Shown here one piece after another: positions 62,582-64,000 of a stretch of 64,000 nt of DNA (positions within the stretch are counted from its first letter, which is position 1; each line of letters begins with the position of its first letter). The position numbers and the translations under genes are program-made. Below the pieces are notes generated by a model. It was not told the origin of the DNA and did no database searches. It worked only from the letters and a program-made list of their open reading frames with translations. This stretch comes from Myxococcota bacterium (GTDB taxonomy: Bacteria > Myxococcota_A > UBA9160 > SZUA-336). Location of the stretch: positions 172,614 through 236,613 of the forward strand of contig DATJZP010000061.1 in assembly GCA_035498875.1 (NCBI GenBank). Reading direction: 5' to 3'.

Positions 62582-62968
62582 GTGACGACGCTCGATACCA
62601 CCATCCGCGCGTCCACGTACGGGAAGACGCCCACGGCGCTCGCCGCGCGGATCCACGAGTTCACCCGCGGCGAGCGCATGAAGCGCGGACTGCGCGCGTT
62701 CCTGCCGTACTTCGGCGCGGGCTGCGTGCTGTTGCTCTGCCCCCCGCACATCGTCTGGCTCTTGTTGTGGACCACGGTCGGCGTGGTGTTCGGGCGCAAG
62801 CGCTACCGGCAGCTACGCGAAATCGTGTCGCTGCGCGGCGCCTGCCCGGACTGCGGCAAGAGCGAGGACCTGAAGCCGCCCGACGTGCTGCCGGCCATTC
62901 AGCGTTGCGCCTCGTGCGGCGCCTTCCTGAAGCTGGAAGACACGGAGCCCGCGCCCGCGCTCGGCTAA
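62582..62968 (+). CDS. Small membrane protein with C-terminal zinc-ribbon
   Basis: Two TM segments are followed by CPDCGKSEDL...CASCGAFL. Confidence 0.5.
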   Translation: MTTLDTTIRASTYGKTPTALAARIHEFTRGERMKRGLRAFLPYFGAGCVLLLCPPHIVWLLLWTTVGVVFGRKRYRQLREIVSLRGACPDCGKSEDLKPPDVLPAIQRCASCGAFLKLEDTEPAPALG

Positions 62969-62983
62969 GTCGCCCGGTGAGGG

Positions 62984-64000
62984 TCAGCCGAAGCAGCGCA
63001 TCACTTCGAGCTCCCGCCCGGCGCGCACCTTCTCGTATTTGTTGAAGAACCCCAGGTCGATCCGCTTCGCCAGCCTGCTCACCTTGTCACTGCGGTAGCG
63101 CGTCAGCGCGCCGGGGCCGCCGTTGTAGGCGGAGTAAGTCGCGCGCACCAGGTCGTCGATCCCGCCGGGCCGCTTGTGCTCGCCCTTGGCGTAGGCCAGG
63201 TCGAGGTAGTAGCGGAGCAGGATCTCGCTGCCCGCGCGCGCGTTGTACGAGGGATCGGCGAGCAGGAAGCGCGGATCGTAGAAGCCGCGCCAGACGCGCG
63301 AGTTCACCTGCATGAGCCCGACCGCGCCGGCGTGGGAGCGAATCGCCCGCACCTCGCCGCGCACCCGCACGTATTGGCGCCAGCAGGTCTCCTGCCAGGC
63401 GGTCGCGAGCTGCAGGTCGAGATAGCCGCGGCGCACCGTCGGCTCGACCTGCTTGGGACTCACCGCGTCTTCCGCCGCTCCGCGCAAGAGCCTCTGCATC
63501 AACGGCAGATAGTCGTTCAGCTCGCTGCGCGCCGGGGCCCAGCCGCGCAGCCGCTTCTCCTCCTCTTTGGTGAGTCGCGGCACCGCGCTCGGGCGCTCGG
63601 CGGCGTGCGCCGCCGGCACGAGCCAGGCCGCGAAGCGGCGCAGCGCGGACCGCCACAGCGTCTGGTTCGGATCCGGGCTCGGAGCGGGCGGTGTGGCATC
63701 GGGCGGAGGCGCGGACTCGTCGAAATCCGCGGGCGGAGTCAGCGGAGCTCCGAAATCGAGCGCGCGTCGCAGCTCGGGGTCGACGCCCTCGGGCGCCTCG
63801 AGCGGGTCGCTCTTGTCCGCGGGCGCGATCACGCGCGCCATGCGGCGCAGCCCGTCGCTGGTGAGCTCGAAGCCGAACTCCGGGCCCAGCGCGTCGAGCG
63901 CAGCCAGCGCGTCGCCCGCGGCGATGAAGCCCAGATAGCGCAGCACGCCGCGGCTGCCGAGCTTCGGCCCGAGCTCGCGCAGCACCGCGCCCAGCCGTTT
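62984..64000 (-). CDS. Lytic transglycosylase (SLT domain); partial, continuing beyond the right window edge
   Basis: Sequence GAVGLMQVNSRVWRGFYD...YNARAGSEILLRYY...ATYSAYNGGPGAL. The frame stays open through position 64000. Confidence 0.75.
   Translation of the reverse strand, partial: KRLGAVLRELGPKLGSRGVLRYLGFIAAGDALAALDALGPEFGFELTSDGLRRMARVIAPADKSDPLEAPEGVDPELRRALDFGAPLTPPADFDESAPPPDATPPAPSPDPNQTLWRSALRRFAAWLVPAAHAAERPSAVPRLTKEEEKRLRGWAPARSELNDYLPLMQRLLRGAAEDAVSPKQVEPTVRRGYLDLQLATAWQETCWRQYVRVRGEVRAIRSHAGAVGLMQVNSRVWRGFYDPRFLLADPSYNARAGSEILLRYYLDLAYAKGEHKRPGGIDDLVRATYSAYNGGPGALTRYRSDKVSRLAKRIDLGFFNKYEKVRAGRELEVMRCFG

Noticed and set aside
1-64000. Interpreting GAGTCAC as the Chi site of the AddAB enzyme encoded in the window.
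   Set aside because: Chi-type and KOPS-type words are strongly skewed to one strand per replichore. Here the plus-strand counts are 31 versus 30, and orientation follows gene direction only weakly. I keep it as a low-probability alternative inside the motif finding.

Overview
64-kb chromosomal segment from a ~70% G+C bacterium. The taxon cannot be fixed from sequence alone; gene content resembles high-GC Myxococcota/delta-proteobacteria-like soil or sediment lineages. I call about 75 tightly packed CDS on both strands, many joined by 4-nt start/stop overlaps. I recognised no rRNA, tRNA, transposase, integrase or CRISPR array. Many long ORFs in the track are antisense or out-of-frame artefacts typical of high-GC DNA, so I trimmed starts by homology-like N-termini and operon junctions. 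Three themes stand out. (1) DNA repair genes are unusually dense: AddA/AddB, error-prone DnaE2, ImuB, Ku, three-domain LigD, AlkB, and a DUF952-AlkD-like fusion. (2) A minus-strand porin-cytochrome module (MtrA-like decaheme plus MtrB/PioB-like barrel) sits with uncharacterised membrane or metal-binding partners. (3) Many small detox or housekeeping enzymes are present: VOC x5, GFA x3, GNAT x3, SAM-methyltransferase x4, NUDIX x2, hydrolases, and a beta-alpha nitrile hydratase. The main non-genic signals are four. The heptamer GAGTCAC/GTGACTC occurs about once per kb in all reading frames. A direct-repeat operator-like element is shared by the dnaE2 and imuB promoters, which lie 19 kb apart. 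Two tandem 26-nt palindrome-containing repeats sit in the divergent promoter of the porin-cytochrome operon. A perfect 17-bp palindrome lies upstream of ligD. All family names are inferred by eye from translated motifs; no database search was run.
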